This document shows, piece after piece, positions 38,925-52,486 of a DNA stretch of 64,000 nt (positions within the stretch are counted from its first letter, which is position 1; every line of letters begins with the position of its first letter). The translations under genes were made by a program, and so were the position numbers. This stretch comes from the human T2T-CHM13v2.0 reference genome, Homo sapiens. The stretch is taken from assembly GCF_009914755.1 (NCBI RefSeq), contig NC_060934.1, one strand, 5' to 3'. The notes under the pieces are model-generated. The model was not told the origin of the DNA. It saw nothing but the letters and a program-made list of their open reading frames with translations, and made no database searches.

Positions 38925-40165
38925 TTAGAAATGGGGAAAGGATCATCTCATTAGTAAATGGTGCAGGAAAAACTTGATATCTACATGCAAAAGAATGAAG
39001 TCAAACCCTTATCCTACACGAAATACAAAAATCAAATAAAAATGGACCAAAGATGTAAACATAAAACCTGAATGGTCAAGCTTTTAGAGGAAAAAATAGA
39101 GGAGAGGCTCCTTGACATTAGTTTTGGTAATGATATTTCAGATTCACAAAAAAATCAGGCAACAAAAGCAAAAATAAATAGGTGGGACTGTGTCAAATTT
39201 AGAACTTCTGTATGGCAAAGGAAACCATCACCGGTGGAAAGGCAGCCTATGAATTAGGAGAAAATATTCGCAAACTGTATATCTGGTAAAGGGCTAATAG
39301 CTAAAATATAGGTAACTCCTTAGCAAAGAACATACAACTCCATAGAAAACAAAACCAAAACAACAACAAACCAGACAAACAAATAAACTGATTCAAAAAT
39401 GGGCAAAATACTTCAATAGACATAGTGCTGGTGAGGATGTGGAAGAAAGGGAACCTTTGTATATTACTGGTGGAGTCTACATTTGTAGCTATTACAGAAA
39501 TCAGTGTGGGGGCTCCTGAAGAAACTACAATGGGATCTGCTCCATGATGCAGCAGCTCCACTTTTGGGTACATATCCCAGGGAAATAAAATCAGTATGTC
39601 GAAATATATCTGCACTTCCAAGTTCACTGAAGCACGATTCATAATAGTCAAGACAGATAGGGAATCCACCTCCGTGTTCATTGACAGAGGGATAGATAAA
39701 AATGATGGTATATACATATAATGAAATATTGGTACCCTTAGAAAAAAGGAGATCCTGCTATTGGTGACAATATGGATGGACCTGGAGGACATTATACTAA
39801 AGCAAATAAACCAGGCACAGGAAGAAAAATGCTGCAGAATCTCATTTATGGGCGGAATCTTAAAAAAAAAAAAGCTGACTGCATAGAAGCAGAGAGTGGA
39901 GTGGTTGGGGGTCCGGGGGAATGGCAGAGGAAATTCATGGAAGGTGAGAAGTCTAGAGTCTAATGTGCAGCCTGAGGACTGTAGCTAATAACACGGTATT
40001 GCAGACTGGAAATTTGCTGAAAGAGTAGATTTCAGGTGCTCTTACTCCAAAGAAAAAAAAAAAGGTAACTGTGGAAGGTGATGAATATGTTAATTTTCCT
40101 GACTGTAGTAGTCATTTACTCTGTATGTATAAGAGAACATCGTTATATACCTTAAATACACAAAG
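38925..40165 (+). mobile_element. L1MA8/9-like LINE 3' portion
   Basis: ORF2 end (ggaaaggatcatctc...atctacatgcaaaagaatgaag) and 3' UTR (gaaatttgctgaaagagtagattt). Confidence 0.82.
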
Positions 40166-40984
40166 TACATACATGGATGAATGAATAACATGTAAAAGTC
40201 ACTGATGTGAGATCAGCACCCCCTTTGGCCTGCGCCGACCCCTGCTCCCACAGTGCAGTGTGCATCTGCCTTCCCCGGGAAACTCTACCTCCCTGGAGAC
40301 AGGCTTGTCTAGTTTGCTCCCCGCTGGCTCTGGGCCTCAGCCCCTCCCCTGACACATGGCAGTCTTCCTGTAGAAACTATTCCATAAGGACCAGCCATCC
40401 TTGTACCCCTGCCACCCAGGCCCCCAGACCCTTTCCAGGCTGCAGAGGGCACGGGCAGTCCTCCGGCCAGAGGGGCTCGGTCCACAGACGTACGGCCACC
40501 GATGGAGAAGATGGGGAGGTCTGTGGAAGTGAGGACATGAGAACCTCGTCTCATGCCTGCTGGAAGATGGAACCCTTGGAAGTCCCCCCGCCCCACCCCT
40601 TTCCTCCTTGTATGAAAGGAAGGATCTACGTCAAGTTCCAAGGCTCACCAGGCTGGCTCCACTTCTGTGAAAACGTGTCCTCCTGCGACAGGGACATCCT
40701 CAGTGTCCTGGGTCTGCCTCCCTGTTGTGTACTCAGCCTGCCCGTTTTCTCCAGTTCCTCGCGCTTCCAGGACAGCTGCGCCTACACCTTTAGGCGGGGC
40801 CCTGCCAGGAGCGAGTGTCCCCACTGGCTGCTTTGTGCCAAGATGTGGTGTTGATGCCAGCCTGGCCTGATCAACTCATCGGTGCTTGAGAGCGGAGCCA
40901 GGACAAGACCCCCTGGTCATGGGTCACTGGCAAATTCTGACATCTGCAGAAAGCCTGGCATTGTGCTTTGGAGCCTCAGGGGCC

Positions 40985-41483
40985 AATTAGTCATCATCCT
41001 CCAGAGAAACAGAAACCATACCATGGACAGGAGGCGGGATAGAGGAACTGGTGACAGGTAAGAGGAGATGTGTTGGGGAGCTGGCTCACAGGATGATGGA
41101 GTCTGAGAGGTCCTGCACTCTGCCATCTGCAAGCCCGAGAGCCAGGGAAGCCAGTAGGTAATTAGGGCTGAGAAGCGAGGCCGGGTCCTGAGGGAGCCCA
41201 GGACACACCTCTCCTTCTGGGACAGGCCAGGGCACTGCGCGGTGTGGTGGGTCTGAGGTCTCTAGGAGAAAGAGCCCTTCCTGCACATTTCATTCTCTCC
41301 AGGACTTGAGGATTGGTTGAGGCCACACACTTTGGTGAGAGTGTATCTTTCTTACTCAGTCCACAATTCAAATCGGCATCTCTTCCAGAAGTGCCCTCAC
41401 AGACGCACCCAGAAATAACATTTTACCAGCTGTCCAGGCATCCTTCAGCCCAGTCCAATTGACACCTACAGTTCACCCTCACA
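40985..41483 (-). mobile_element. MLT2B-type (ERVL) solo LTR
   Basis: ctccagagaaacagaa...ctgccatctgcaagc...ccctcacagacgcacccagaaataa...ttgacacc...tcaca. Confidence 0.8.
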
Positions 41484-42867
41484 GGCAACATAGGGGCTCT
41501 GCTGTGGGCTGGGGAGGTGGAGGGTGAGGAGCTCGTTCCCCAGGTGACTTGGAGCCAGGAGGGTGCTCACGTGAGGGGACAGGGGACGGGCAGTTTGGAG
41601 AAGTCACATCTTGGCCTCGTGCTCAAGACACATGAGTAGGAGCTCGGGCTTTTGCAAAGTCACGTCGGTTTCCTACACTGCGTTCCCATCACCCTGTCAC
41701 CATCCCAAAAGACCCACGTGAGCTGTGCTGATTTGCATTTTGAGACATGGCCGGATCTGCAAGGTCAGAGACCAGAGGGTCAACTATGGACACCTCTTGT
41801 GGCAAAGCAACAGACAGGCCACGTCACTTTAGCTTTCACCTTTCTGTGTTTCAGATGAGGAGAAGAAAACGTTAGGCTCCTTTCGGTTAAAAAATAAGCA
41901 ACAAACAAAAACCTTGCATCTAGCCTGGCAGCCTGGTTAGCCTGTGCTCCTGCTCCTGTCCACAGGGCTCCCGGGCGGCTTCCACACTAGGGGCCATGTT
42001 GCTTCAAGAGTCCTGATGGTCAACGCCTTCTCCCTCCACTAAATTACCCGCAGACGTGGAGCAGAGTTTGCTGCCAATTAATTCATAAAATGAAATATTT
42101 TGTATGCAAATCTAATTTCTTAGCTGTCAGCTTGTATTTGCCAATGTGGCAAGATTTTATTTGTTTCTATTATAAAACCAAATCCCTAAAACTCTAAGTT
42201 CTTAATATTTTGGAATTTCAATTATCCACCGTGATTGTATCTCTATTTATGGTCGCATTTGCATGCAGTGAGAGCTGGCGGTAAACAAAAGTGACGTTTG
42301 AAGTGGGAAGAGCTGTTTGAACCTCCAGCGAGAGCTTGATACTGTTATTTGCCCGAGAAAAGTCATTTTCCGTAAGTGAGGCAGAGGAGGGTCGGTTAGA
42401 ATGCAAAGGCACCTTGAGAGCCTGGTTGTAAGTGTGGGCAAAAGCCCTGCTGGGATAGTGACCTTGGGTTGGGTCGTGGTGTTCTGAGAGTGCTTGAAGA
42501 CCACACACGGCCCCCAGGGATGGCCGCATTTGTCAGCCCTAAAAGGTGGTACTTGCCAGATCCCAGGGCTAATCAGTGTCTCACCAGATCTTTCAAGTGG
42601 TGACATTTGTATTATTGTGGTTTAGAAAACACTTGCTGTCTTAGCGTGCAATGAACTAAAGTGGGGAGGTCTATGCTGCTGTAAACAAAGGGTTTGCACT
42701 GCCTCCGTTTAAAGCAAACCAAGAATGAATATTTTAAATCCTCCCTGTTCAGCATACAGCCACCGAGTGAGTGCTTACTTGCTGCCTGCTTCATTCACTC
42801 CACCAACATTTGTTGAGCACTGCTTTGGGGGCTGAGGGTCTGGGAAGAGCACTGCAGCCCCCTAGAG

Positions 42868-43389
42868 CAGAGGTCCCCAACCTTTTTGGCACCAGGGACC
42901 AGTTTTGTGGAAGACAGTTTTTCCATGGATCGGGGGAGGGAATGGCTTCAGGATGATTTAAGTGCATGATATGTATTGTGCACTTTATTTCTATTATTAT
43001 TACATTGTAATATATAATAAAATAATTATATACAACTCACCATAATGTAGAATCAGTGGGAGCCCTGAGCTTGTTTTCCTGCAATTAGACGGTCCCACCT
43101 GGGGGTGATGGGAGACAGTGACAGATCATTAGGCATGAGATTCTCATGAGCATGCAACCTAGATCCCTCGCATGCACAGTTCACAATAAGGTTTGTGCTC
43201 CTGTGAAAATCTAATGCTGCCGCTGATCTGATGGGAGGCGGAGCTCAGGCAGTAACACGAGCGATGAGCAATGGGGAGTGGCTGTAAATACAGATGAAGC
43301 CTGCTTCCCTTGCTGGGCTACCGCTTACCTCCTGCTGGGCAGCCTGGTTCCTAAACACCAGTCTGTGGCCTGGGGGTTAGGGAACCCTG
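42868..43389 (+). mobile_element. MER1A hAT-Charlie DNA transposon, full length, inserted in an L2 remnant
   Basis: Terminal inverted repeats cagaggtccccaac / gttagggaaccctg. Perfect 8-bp TSD ccctagag at 42860-42867 and 43390-43397. Confidence 0.93.
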
Positions 43390-45346
43390 CCCTAGAGGAG
43401 CCCACACTTTAGTGGATGTGGCCATGCAGACCCTCATCTCGTCCTCATGTCCCATGTGGGCTGGGGTGAGGGTCTGTCATGTAAGCAGGGGCAGGTGGCC
43501 AGTGCTGGGGTGGAGACAGCTGCTATTCTATCTACAGACTGGGTGAGGAGGCTTTGAGGATAAGGTGATTTTAGAGCATATATTTGACAGATGTTTGCAC
43601 ATTTTAACTGTTGCAGTTTAAGTCCATTAAATGCACTTATCCAAATCAAATGCACTTATGGCAAAGCTATAAGAACAATCAGATATTGTTTCCAGAAGGA
43701 TTGAGCATGTCTTCATAGTATATAGCCTTCATTCCTTCATGTTCCCTCATCAGGACATACACGCAGGGCCAGCTCCTCTCATCTGGGAAATGAAGGTGAG
43801 GGCTCACAGTGGGATTAGCACAGGCTGTCAGTGATGAGGGTGGGAGGCTTCCCCGAGCACTGGACCTCAGTGGAGAACAGTTGTCCCAAGGCCAGACCCA
43901 GTGTCAGCAGGTGGAGCTGCAGGGGTCCCCCCAGGCCAGTCTCCCCACCCCCACCATTCCCCAGGCCATGAGCAGCAGCACTGTCTAAGGTGAGTCAAGG
44001 GTCCTTACCAGGATGACACAGCTGGAAGGTGAGGGAAGGGGCAGGGAAGGGCCATGGAGGTGTCCTGTGGGACCCAGGGGAGGAGAGCCCCTGGGCCAGT
44101 GGTGGGCACATCTGTCTCTGGGCCTCCCTCCAGGGGATGCAGGCTGGGATAATAGCAGGGGCTAGGGCCTTGAGAGTTGGCGAGGGATATCAGTCAAACA
44201 AGCTTCCAACCTAGAAGGCGCTGTCTCCCTACATATGAAATTGAGGAGCCCGGCCAGTTTGAAACATTGCTGCATACCCCATGAATATGTGCAATTATTA
44301 TTTGTCAATTCAAAAAATAAAAATGTGGGTGCATCTAAGCATTTCTGTGTCTTATGGGAGACACTAAAATTAGATTCATCTGAAGCCAGTTCCAAAACTC
44401 TTCTTTGTGATACCCCCGTTTCATTCTTGAGAAACAACAGCAAAGCCAACTAACCATCATTTCTCCAGCTTTCTTCAACTTCCTACCTCTGCCAGGGCCA
44501 TGTCATTCCTTCAGCCCGCGACGTTGCCCACACGCAGCCCCCAGCCCCTGCTGCTCTCATATGGTGAGCCGCGACACCCGACTGGAAAGGAGGAGAGAGC
44601 TCAGCAGAAGACAGAGGGCTCACAGGCAGGTGCACGGGGATGGGTACAGCACCCTGGCCTGGGCGGGTGGCTGTGATGAGACAGTGGAAGGCTGGGGTTG
44701 AGGCTTGAGAGGGGAAACCGAGTCCAGGTGAGGATGAGATTCGCCAATGTGTGGCTCTGGGAAGGACTCATCAGGGTAGAGTGGAGGAATGGATTTTCAT
44801 GATTTGCCCTTAGAAGTCCATGCCACGAAGGCCGAATTCTCCCAGTGCAGGACAAGCGTTGCCAGCAGTGATGGAAGAGTCCCTGCCTTCCACTGTCAAG
44901 AGGGAGTGAATGGAGGAGGAGTGGGAGAGAGAAAGAAAGCAGAGGCGGGAATACATGGATGAGCAGTGAAGTCTTGGATGGGCAGGTGTGTAAACGCAGA
45001 GTCTCCGAGGAGACCAGCCTAATTGATGGAGGAGTGAGGCAGCTGCTACTGAGCTCACAGGGTTCACATGCTCACCCTCTGCATCAGGGCTATTTTGATC
45101 ACGTTCAGAGGCCCCTTTTATTTTAGGAGGTAGAGTGTATGTAGCGCTCATCACCTCCATTTGATGGTTGTGGAGATGCGTAGATGGGCAAACAATTTGC
45201 TAGAGGTTTCTCAGCTCACAAGTAGGAGGGGCAGGATTCCAATCCTGTTCCTGGCTCTTTATTCCTGTGCCAGAGAAACGTGAGAGCAGGAAGACCTGGC
45301 CCCTTCTCAGGTGAGGCCAGGGGAGGATGGCCAGTCCCACATCCTG

Positions 45347-45553
45347 TTGCCTGAGTCCCTGGGACCAGTGGTGATAGGAGTAATATCCTATCACCTGGAA
45401 CAGTAGGAACCTGTGGGGTGACAGAGAGGCCCCGCCTAGCACTTACTTTGCCTGAGTCCCCTGGACCAGTGGTGATAGGAGTAATATAAAGTCCTGGAGC
45501 AGTAGGAACCTGTGGGGGTGAGAGAGACCTCCCACCTTGCACTTGCCTTTTGC
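45347..45553. repeat. About 101-bp tandem duplication, 2 copies
   Basis: ttgcctgagtccc...accagtggtgataggagtaatat...cagtaggaacctgtgggg starts at both 45347 and 45448. Confidence 0.9.
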
Positions 45554-46162
45554 CCCGGCACAGGCCTGCGTTTTACATGCTTTCCGACATGAAGGGAAAC
45601 ATGGTGGGGTCCACTGCGGATGACCGAGAGCACACAGAAAATTCACTCTTCCTCAGGCACTAGCCTCAACATTTGCTCCCCTTTTCAGATAATGATGGTC
45701 CTCTTTGCTTGGCTTATAGCGGTAGCTATTTGGGGGATTAGGGATAAACCAGACTTAGATCATATTAGCCCATCTTTCTCCCAGAGAACTCCTTAACAGG
45801 TAATCTGGGATGCAGAATGCAGTGTCAGTAGTTTAGCTTGTAGGTTGCTTCTTCCTCTCGTCCCTAATTTTCCCATTGGTGGCAGCTCAGCTGGCGTGCA
45901 CTTTCCCAGAAAAGCGTGAATTGGGAGCATAATGTGATTCCATGGCTGCCTTCTAATACAACTCTTGCGGTAACCCCAGGGGAAAGGTGAGTGGGGAATG
46001 GGCAGCATCATGGGGGCTGCATCCTTCCTGCCAGGGGAGCAGGTGATTGTGAATACAGGATTTGGGAAAGGTGCAGGGTCCTCTCCCCAGGGCCAGCGCT
46101 CTGCACCGCGTCGGGCCTCCCACCACTCACCCACTGAGTCTGACCATCCGGGGCAGGATGAG

Positions 46163-46593
46163 TGCTGTGGTTTGAATATCTGTGCCTTCAAAAACTCACG
46201 TTGAAACTTAATTCCCAACGTGGCAGTGTTGAGAGGTGGGGCTTTAAAAAGGTGACTGGGTCTCACGAAGGATTAATTCAATCGTGGTTAATGGATTATT
46301 GGATTAACGGATTGATGGATTAATGGGTTATCATGGGAGTGGGGCTGGTGGATTTATAGGAAGCAGAATAGAGACTTGAGCCAGCACGTGAGCACACTCA
46401 GGCCCTGGCTGTGTGATGCCCTGGGCCACCTCAGGACTCTGCAGAGTCCTCACCAGCGAAAAGGCACACACCAGATGTGGCCCTTGACTTTGAACTTCTC
46501 AGCCTCATAACTGTCAGAAATTCATTTTGTTTTCTTTTTAAATAACCCAGTTTCAGGCATCCTATTATAAGCAATAGACAACAGACTAAGACA
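46163..46593 (+). mobile_element. MSTC-like MaLR solo LTR
   Basis: tgctgtggtttgaat...(ggattaat)-rich segment...gactaagaca. TSD atgag/gtgag. Confidence 0.85.
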
Positions 46594-47084
46594 GTGAGCA
46601 CGGACAGAACTCATGGTTAGCTTCTGGGGTGCTGGTGGCACCCCAGATCCCTGGCAGCATATGTGGCAGGAGGGACAGTTTCTCCTCCAGAAGTCCCTGG
46701 GGGTTGGAACAAGGGAGGGATGGGTGTCCCAGCTTTGGGCTCGTGGTCTGTTTGAAAGACTTTGATTTTCTCTGACTGAGCTCCCGTGAGCTCAGGATGG
46801 CTTCTCCAGAAGATTCTGTCTGACTCCGAGGGGTGGAGGAATCTGGGAAAACCAGCTCCTCTTTCCCTAGAGACCCTGCACAGACGTGACCTCCTGGCTC
46901 TTGCTTGTACCCCCTCCTCCTCCAGATGCTGTCTCCGCCTCCCTCTGAGCAGGAGACGATAACCCTGGATGGCATGTTGGGCATTGTCTGGAGGGACAGG
47001 AGAGAGGAGGTGGGGACCAGGGTGAGTCTTTGAGCCTGTGGAATAAGTGGGGTGGCAGATGGTGTTTTAGAGCAAATGGGAACC

Positions 47085-47835
47085 TCAGCTGTTCAAACAG
47101 ATAAACCACAAACAAAGCCTCAGTGGCCTCACCCAATATAAGCTGACTTCTCACTCGTGTCCCTGCGCCATGTGAGTTGGGGGCCGGGGGAGGGCTCTGC
47201 TCCATGCAATCATTTAGTGCCTCAGGGGTCGTTCATCTTAGAGGTCATCTGGCATACTTCACTGGTGAGTGGGGCTGTTGACTTCTCACTCGTGTCCCTG
47301 CTCCACGTAAGTTGGGGGGCGGGGGAGGGCTCTGCTCCACGCAGTCATTTAGTGCCTCAGGGGTCATTCATCTTAGAGGTCATCTGGCATACTTCACTGG
47401 TGAGTGGGGCTGTTGACTTCTCACTCGTGTCCCTGCTCCAAGTAAGTTGGGGGGCGGGGGAGGGCTCTGCTCCACACAGTCATTTAGTGCCTCAGGGGTC
47501 GTTCATCTTAGAGGTCATCTGGCATACTTCACTGGTGAGTGGGGCTGTTGACTTCTCACTCGTGTCACTGCTCCATGTGAGTTGGGGGACAGGGGAGGGC
47601 TCTGCTCCACGCAGTCATTTAGTGCCTCAGGGGTCGTTCATCTTAGAGGTCATCTGGCATACTTCACTGGCGAGTGGGGCTGGAAGAGGGCGAGGGACCT
47701 CTCGGAGGGAAATGTGGGTAAAACCTGGGATTGGAGGCTCACTGTGGTCCACATTTGACAGGCCAGAGCACAGCTGCACACCCCGCCTCGTTCCAGGCAG
47801 GGTCTCAAGGATGGAGAGAGCACAGGTGTGGTGGC
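47085..47835 (-). mobile_element. Old MLT1J/K-like LTR remnant hosting the 135-bp repeat
   Basis: aaacaaagcctcagtggcctcacccaa...ttctcactc...agggctctgctcca..gcagtcatt resembles the recalled MLT1J/K consensus. Confidence 0.45.
47144..47682. repeat. 135-bp VNTR, 4 near-identical copies
   Basis: Units start at 47144, 47279, 47414 and 47549. Confidence 0.97.
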
Positions 47836-50380
47836 TCATGTTTTCTTCTAGAATTTAGGCTCATTGTTGGCAAAGAGAAGAGCTCTCAGGGCAAGCAGTC
47901 CTGGAATGAAGAAGACAGAGTCCATGGCTGCTTCCACCTGGCTGCACATCCTGCCAGCCTGAGCAGAGCCGGAGGAAGGAGGAGAAAGACCAAGCACGTC
48001 CCGGAAGAGCAATCTTTTTACGCTATTAATGGAATGTTCTGTACCATGTTCTTTTTCTGTATTTGTTTTGTTATTTGAAATTTTCTTTAGTAATTTGCCA
48101 GGCTTGGTATAGTTCTCTGTTTCACTGTTTTTCCTCTGTGCATAGATTACATGTTTTCAGTAGCATCTGCTCTGAATTTTAATTACGATGCTTTGCTCAA
48201 AGGGGCCCTCACAAAGCAGCCCAAGTCCTCAGTGGTCCGGAGCCACATTTATGGCACAGACAGAGGGCTGTGGAGTGTCAGGAGACCTGGAACCAGACAA
48301 AGGAAACATGAGCCAGCAACGGTCCCCTTGCTCACCCGCCTCTTTTTAAGATGCCTCTGCAGCAAGGGACTGCCATGCATAAAATTACTTTTTGGTGTTT
48401 GTTTTTTTTTGCCAATAATTGTCCTTTGGTTCTTCAAGGCAACATCACAAAGCCTCAGTAGCTTTTAAAGTAGCAATTGTGGGATTTGTAGCTGGGCTAA
48501 ATGGAAAATGCAATTCTGTGTTCAGTTATTTCAAATTGCAAAAATAAGCTTATGGGATGTCATAAAAATTGGGCTGTTATTACTTATTAGCCTACGAAGG
48601 CTTTCCAGAATCCACTGGAATTGACATGCACGGATTCCCGGAGGTTTGCTGTGCTGTCCTCAGTGGAGGTTGTGAAGCCTCGAGGGTCCTCTTGGGTCAA
48701 ATGAGTCAGGCCGGTCCTGAGTGTGCCCCAGGGCCTAAGGGCGGGCCAGTCCTCTGGCTGGACAGCATGGGCAGAGCCTTCGGCTGTCATGGAGCACATT
48801 CCTGAAACCCAGAGTGTATCTCTGCTCCTTTGTCATCTGAAATTAGTACCATGGTTACATTTTATTTCAGAAGCAAAACTATGGATTGTAAACTATAATT
48901 ACGTGGTAATTATTTGGCTGCTGCTGTAAGTGAGTGGGGTGCTGAGAGAAAGTGGAAAACAGCTCCTTGGAGCCTTTGGGGCCAGGCCAACGCTGAGCAT
49001 CTGGGCTTCCAGGAGGGAGGCCTCGGCTCTGCCAGCAGATGCCCTTTGGGCGTGTCCTGGAGGGGCAGGAGCAGGCCACGCAGCTCTTGGGAGCCTGGGC
49101 GCTGTGTCTGCTAGGTGTGTGGCCACCTCCTGGCCCTATGGCCTGCAGAAGGCATTGGTGTTTGCCCCCAGGGGCTGGGATGGTACCTGAGTCATTGGTA
49201 TAGCCCTGGCCCAGAGCAGGTGTTAGGGAATATTTGTCAAACTGCATTTGAGTTCTGCAGAGCCCTTCTTAGCCAGGTCCTCTGACTGCCCCCTGCAGCT
49301 CTCCACTGTGGTCTCTCCACCCCTCTGGGCTTGGATCCCCGCCTGTCCATAACCACCATCCCCTACCACCTTGCCTAGGACATTCCCAAGAATGCTCTGG
49401 AATTTGGGGGATGCCACGTTATTTCCTTCTTGGCCTTTGCAGCTCTAAATGTGCCTGAGATTTCAGGTGTGCATTTGATTAGGAAGGCCTGAGCCTCTGC
49501 CCGCCGAGTGTCCTGCCTCCTCTTCGGAAATTCTTCCTCTGGGGATCTTGCCTCATTACCTGAGGACTCCACTCTCTCTTTGGCCCAGAGGAGGGTGCTG
49601 CTCTCTCTGCAAATGCCAGGCACCAGGGGAGGCTTGCGAGTGACAACCCCCTTGCTTCACAGCGAGCGCTTTATAGGCTCAGTAAGTGGGTTTCGACATG
49701 TATCTCCCCAGCGCTGCCTCCTTAAGATATGAGGAAATGAGGCAGGGGGGATTTCGGTTGTTTTATGCCTGGCAGCCGGGGGATGCTTGAGGAATTCATT
49801 GGTCTTTGGACACCGCGGCAGGGAACAAGGCTGGCTCTCAGGCTTGCCGGGCTGCAACCTCCTGGAGGGGGTGTGATTTATCCTGTGGGCGGCATCCTCC
49901 TGGTAGCTCTGAGTGGGGTCCCTCCCTGGAGTCCTTTCATGTGGGGTGGGCAAGAGCAGGTGGTGTTCGCACTGGCATGGGGCCATCTTGGACTAGGTGA
50001 GCAACCTGTGAGGAGTGCAGGCACATCAATGCGACAGACCAGGCTGCTGGGCACTGACCTGCCCTGTGGTGGTCCAGCCATCAGCCTCCTCTGTGCTCAG
50101 GTGCAGGGCCCACCCCTACCTGCTGGACGCCGGCTCATGCAGCTGGGGCTTTTCCAGAAGGAGTCCAAGCTCAGAGGATAGCGGCTGCTGGGAGTGGATG
50201 CCCCGTGAGAATATATTCTTCTCCAGGTCATTTTCTTCTCCATGGCCCTGACACGAGTCCTCAGGACTCACCCCACAAGAGTCCCGGATGGACACTGGCA
50301 CAGGGCACAGGGTAGCGGCTTCTGGAAAAAGAGTGGCTCTTTGTTCGGATAGCCCGGCTCCCTTAACAGTGATAGTCACA

Positions 50381-51495
50381 CTGGGGTCCCTGTTCTTGGG
50401 GTGCATGTGCTCCTGGGGTCTCCATTCTCAGGGTCTGTGTGCTCCTGAGGTCCCCGTTCTTGGGGTGCATGTGCCCCTGAGGCCTGCATTCTTGGAGTGC
50501 GTGTTCTTCTGGGGTCCCCATTCTCAGAGTGCGTGTCCTCCTGGGGTCCCTGTTCTTGGGGTGCATGTCCTCCTTAGGTCCCCATTCTCAGGGTGCACAT
50601 CTTCCTGGGGTCCCCATTCTCAGAGCGTATGTCCTCCTGGGGCCCCCATTCTCAGGGCGTGTATGCTCCTAGGGTCTCCATTTTCAGGGTGTGTGTGCTC
50701 CTGGGGTCCCTATTCTCAGGGTGCATGTCCTCCTGGGACCCCATTCTCAGGGTGTGCATCTTCCTGGGGTCCCCATTCTCGGGATACCTGTCCTCCTGGG
50801 GTCCCCATTCTTATGGTGCATGTGCTCTTGGGGTCCCTGTTCTTGGGGTTTGTGTGCTCCTAGGGTCACCATTCTTGGGGTCTGTGTCCTGAGGTTCCTG
50901 TTCTTGGGGTGCATGTGCTCCTGGGGTCTCATTCTTGGAGTGTGTGTCCTCCTGGGGCCCCCATTCTCAGGGCGTGTATGCTCCTAGGGTCTCCATTTTC
51001 AGGGTGTGTGTGCTCCTGGGGTCCCCATTCTCAGGGTGCATGTCCTCCTGGGGCCCCCATTCTCAGGATGCATGTCCTCCTGGGATCCCCCTTCTTGGGG
51101 TTCCTGTGCTCCTGGGGTCCCTGTTCTCGGAGTCTGTGAGTTTCTGGGGACCATGTGTTTGTGAGGTTCCTGTTCTCAGGATCTGTGAGTTTCTGGGGTC
51201 TGTGTGCTCCTGGGGTCCCTGTTCTCAGGGTCTGTGTGCTGCTGGGGCCCCTGTGCTCCTGAGGTTGCTGTTCTCAAGGTCTGTGTGTTTCTGGGGTCTA
51301 TATGCTGCTGGGGTCTCTGTGCCCCTGGAGTTCCTGTTCTTAGCATCTGTATGCTCCTGGGGTCCTTGTTCTGGAGGCCTGTGTTCTTGGGGTCCCTGTT
51401 TTCGGGGTCTGTGTGTTTCTGGGGTCTGTGTGCTCCTGGAGTCTATGGGCTGCTGATTTTCATTTGCTTCTGGGGGGTCATGCACTCCTGGGGTC
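50381..51495. repeat. Degenerate 32-bp minisatellite, roughly 35 unit lengths
   Basis: ctggggtccc(ca/tg)ttct(ca/tg)gggtgcatgt(g/c)ctc units that decay into half-units at the 3' end. Confidence 0.92.
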
Positions 51496-51997
51496 ATGCT
51501 GACTTTGCAGGTGAGCGTCTATACATATACATTACTTTAAAGAAATCGATGTCTATGCCTTCCACATCCTCAATTTCTCGTTAACCTGACCAGCCTGGGA
51601 GCTGCAGGTACCCCTCTGTGCTTGCTCATCTCCTGCCTTGTACAGTACAGGCAGACCTGGGCAGGACCTCCACCACCCTGGATTTTACCCCAGTGCACAC
51701 ACACCCAGGTTATGAAGACCAGCACCTGGTCAGGGGCAATATGAGATAGCACTGACCACTTTGTGAAAACAAATGCTCCTAAAGACTGGGCTGGAGTCCT
51801 TTGTGAAAATCCAATGGTTCAAGACAAAGACCTAGTCCTAGTCTAGCAGTTGAGCTAATAAATAAGCTCCATTCACTATCATTGAATGATAGCTGGATAT
51901 GTGGTTTTAAGCATGAACCTTGAAAGAAGTTCAAAATATTTAGTGATAGAACAAAACTCCATTCTGACTTATACATTTTGGTGAACAAGTTTTCTCA

Positions 51998-52361
<364 letters not shown>

Positions 52362-52486
52362 TTAGATCCATTTGATGCATTTAAGTTTGATGTAACAGTT
52401 TCATTTTAAAATGTTACTATTTATAATATGCCACAATTTATATCCTAGTCCACTACTTCAACCTAATAATAAATACCTTCAGACAT

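Noticed and set aside
46268-46330. GGATTA (OTX/PITX-type) motif cluster
   Set aside because: As recalled, it is a native feature of the MSTC-type LTR consensus and not specific to this locus.
47157-47858. 233-aa ORF
   Set aside because: It is the translation of the 135-bp repeat (45 codons per unit) and starts at GTG.
50288-51584. Overlapping Cys/Gly/Pro-rich ORFs
   Set aside because: They result from the A-poor 32-bp minisatellite, which has few stop codons.
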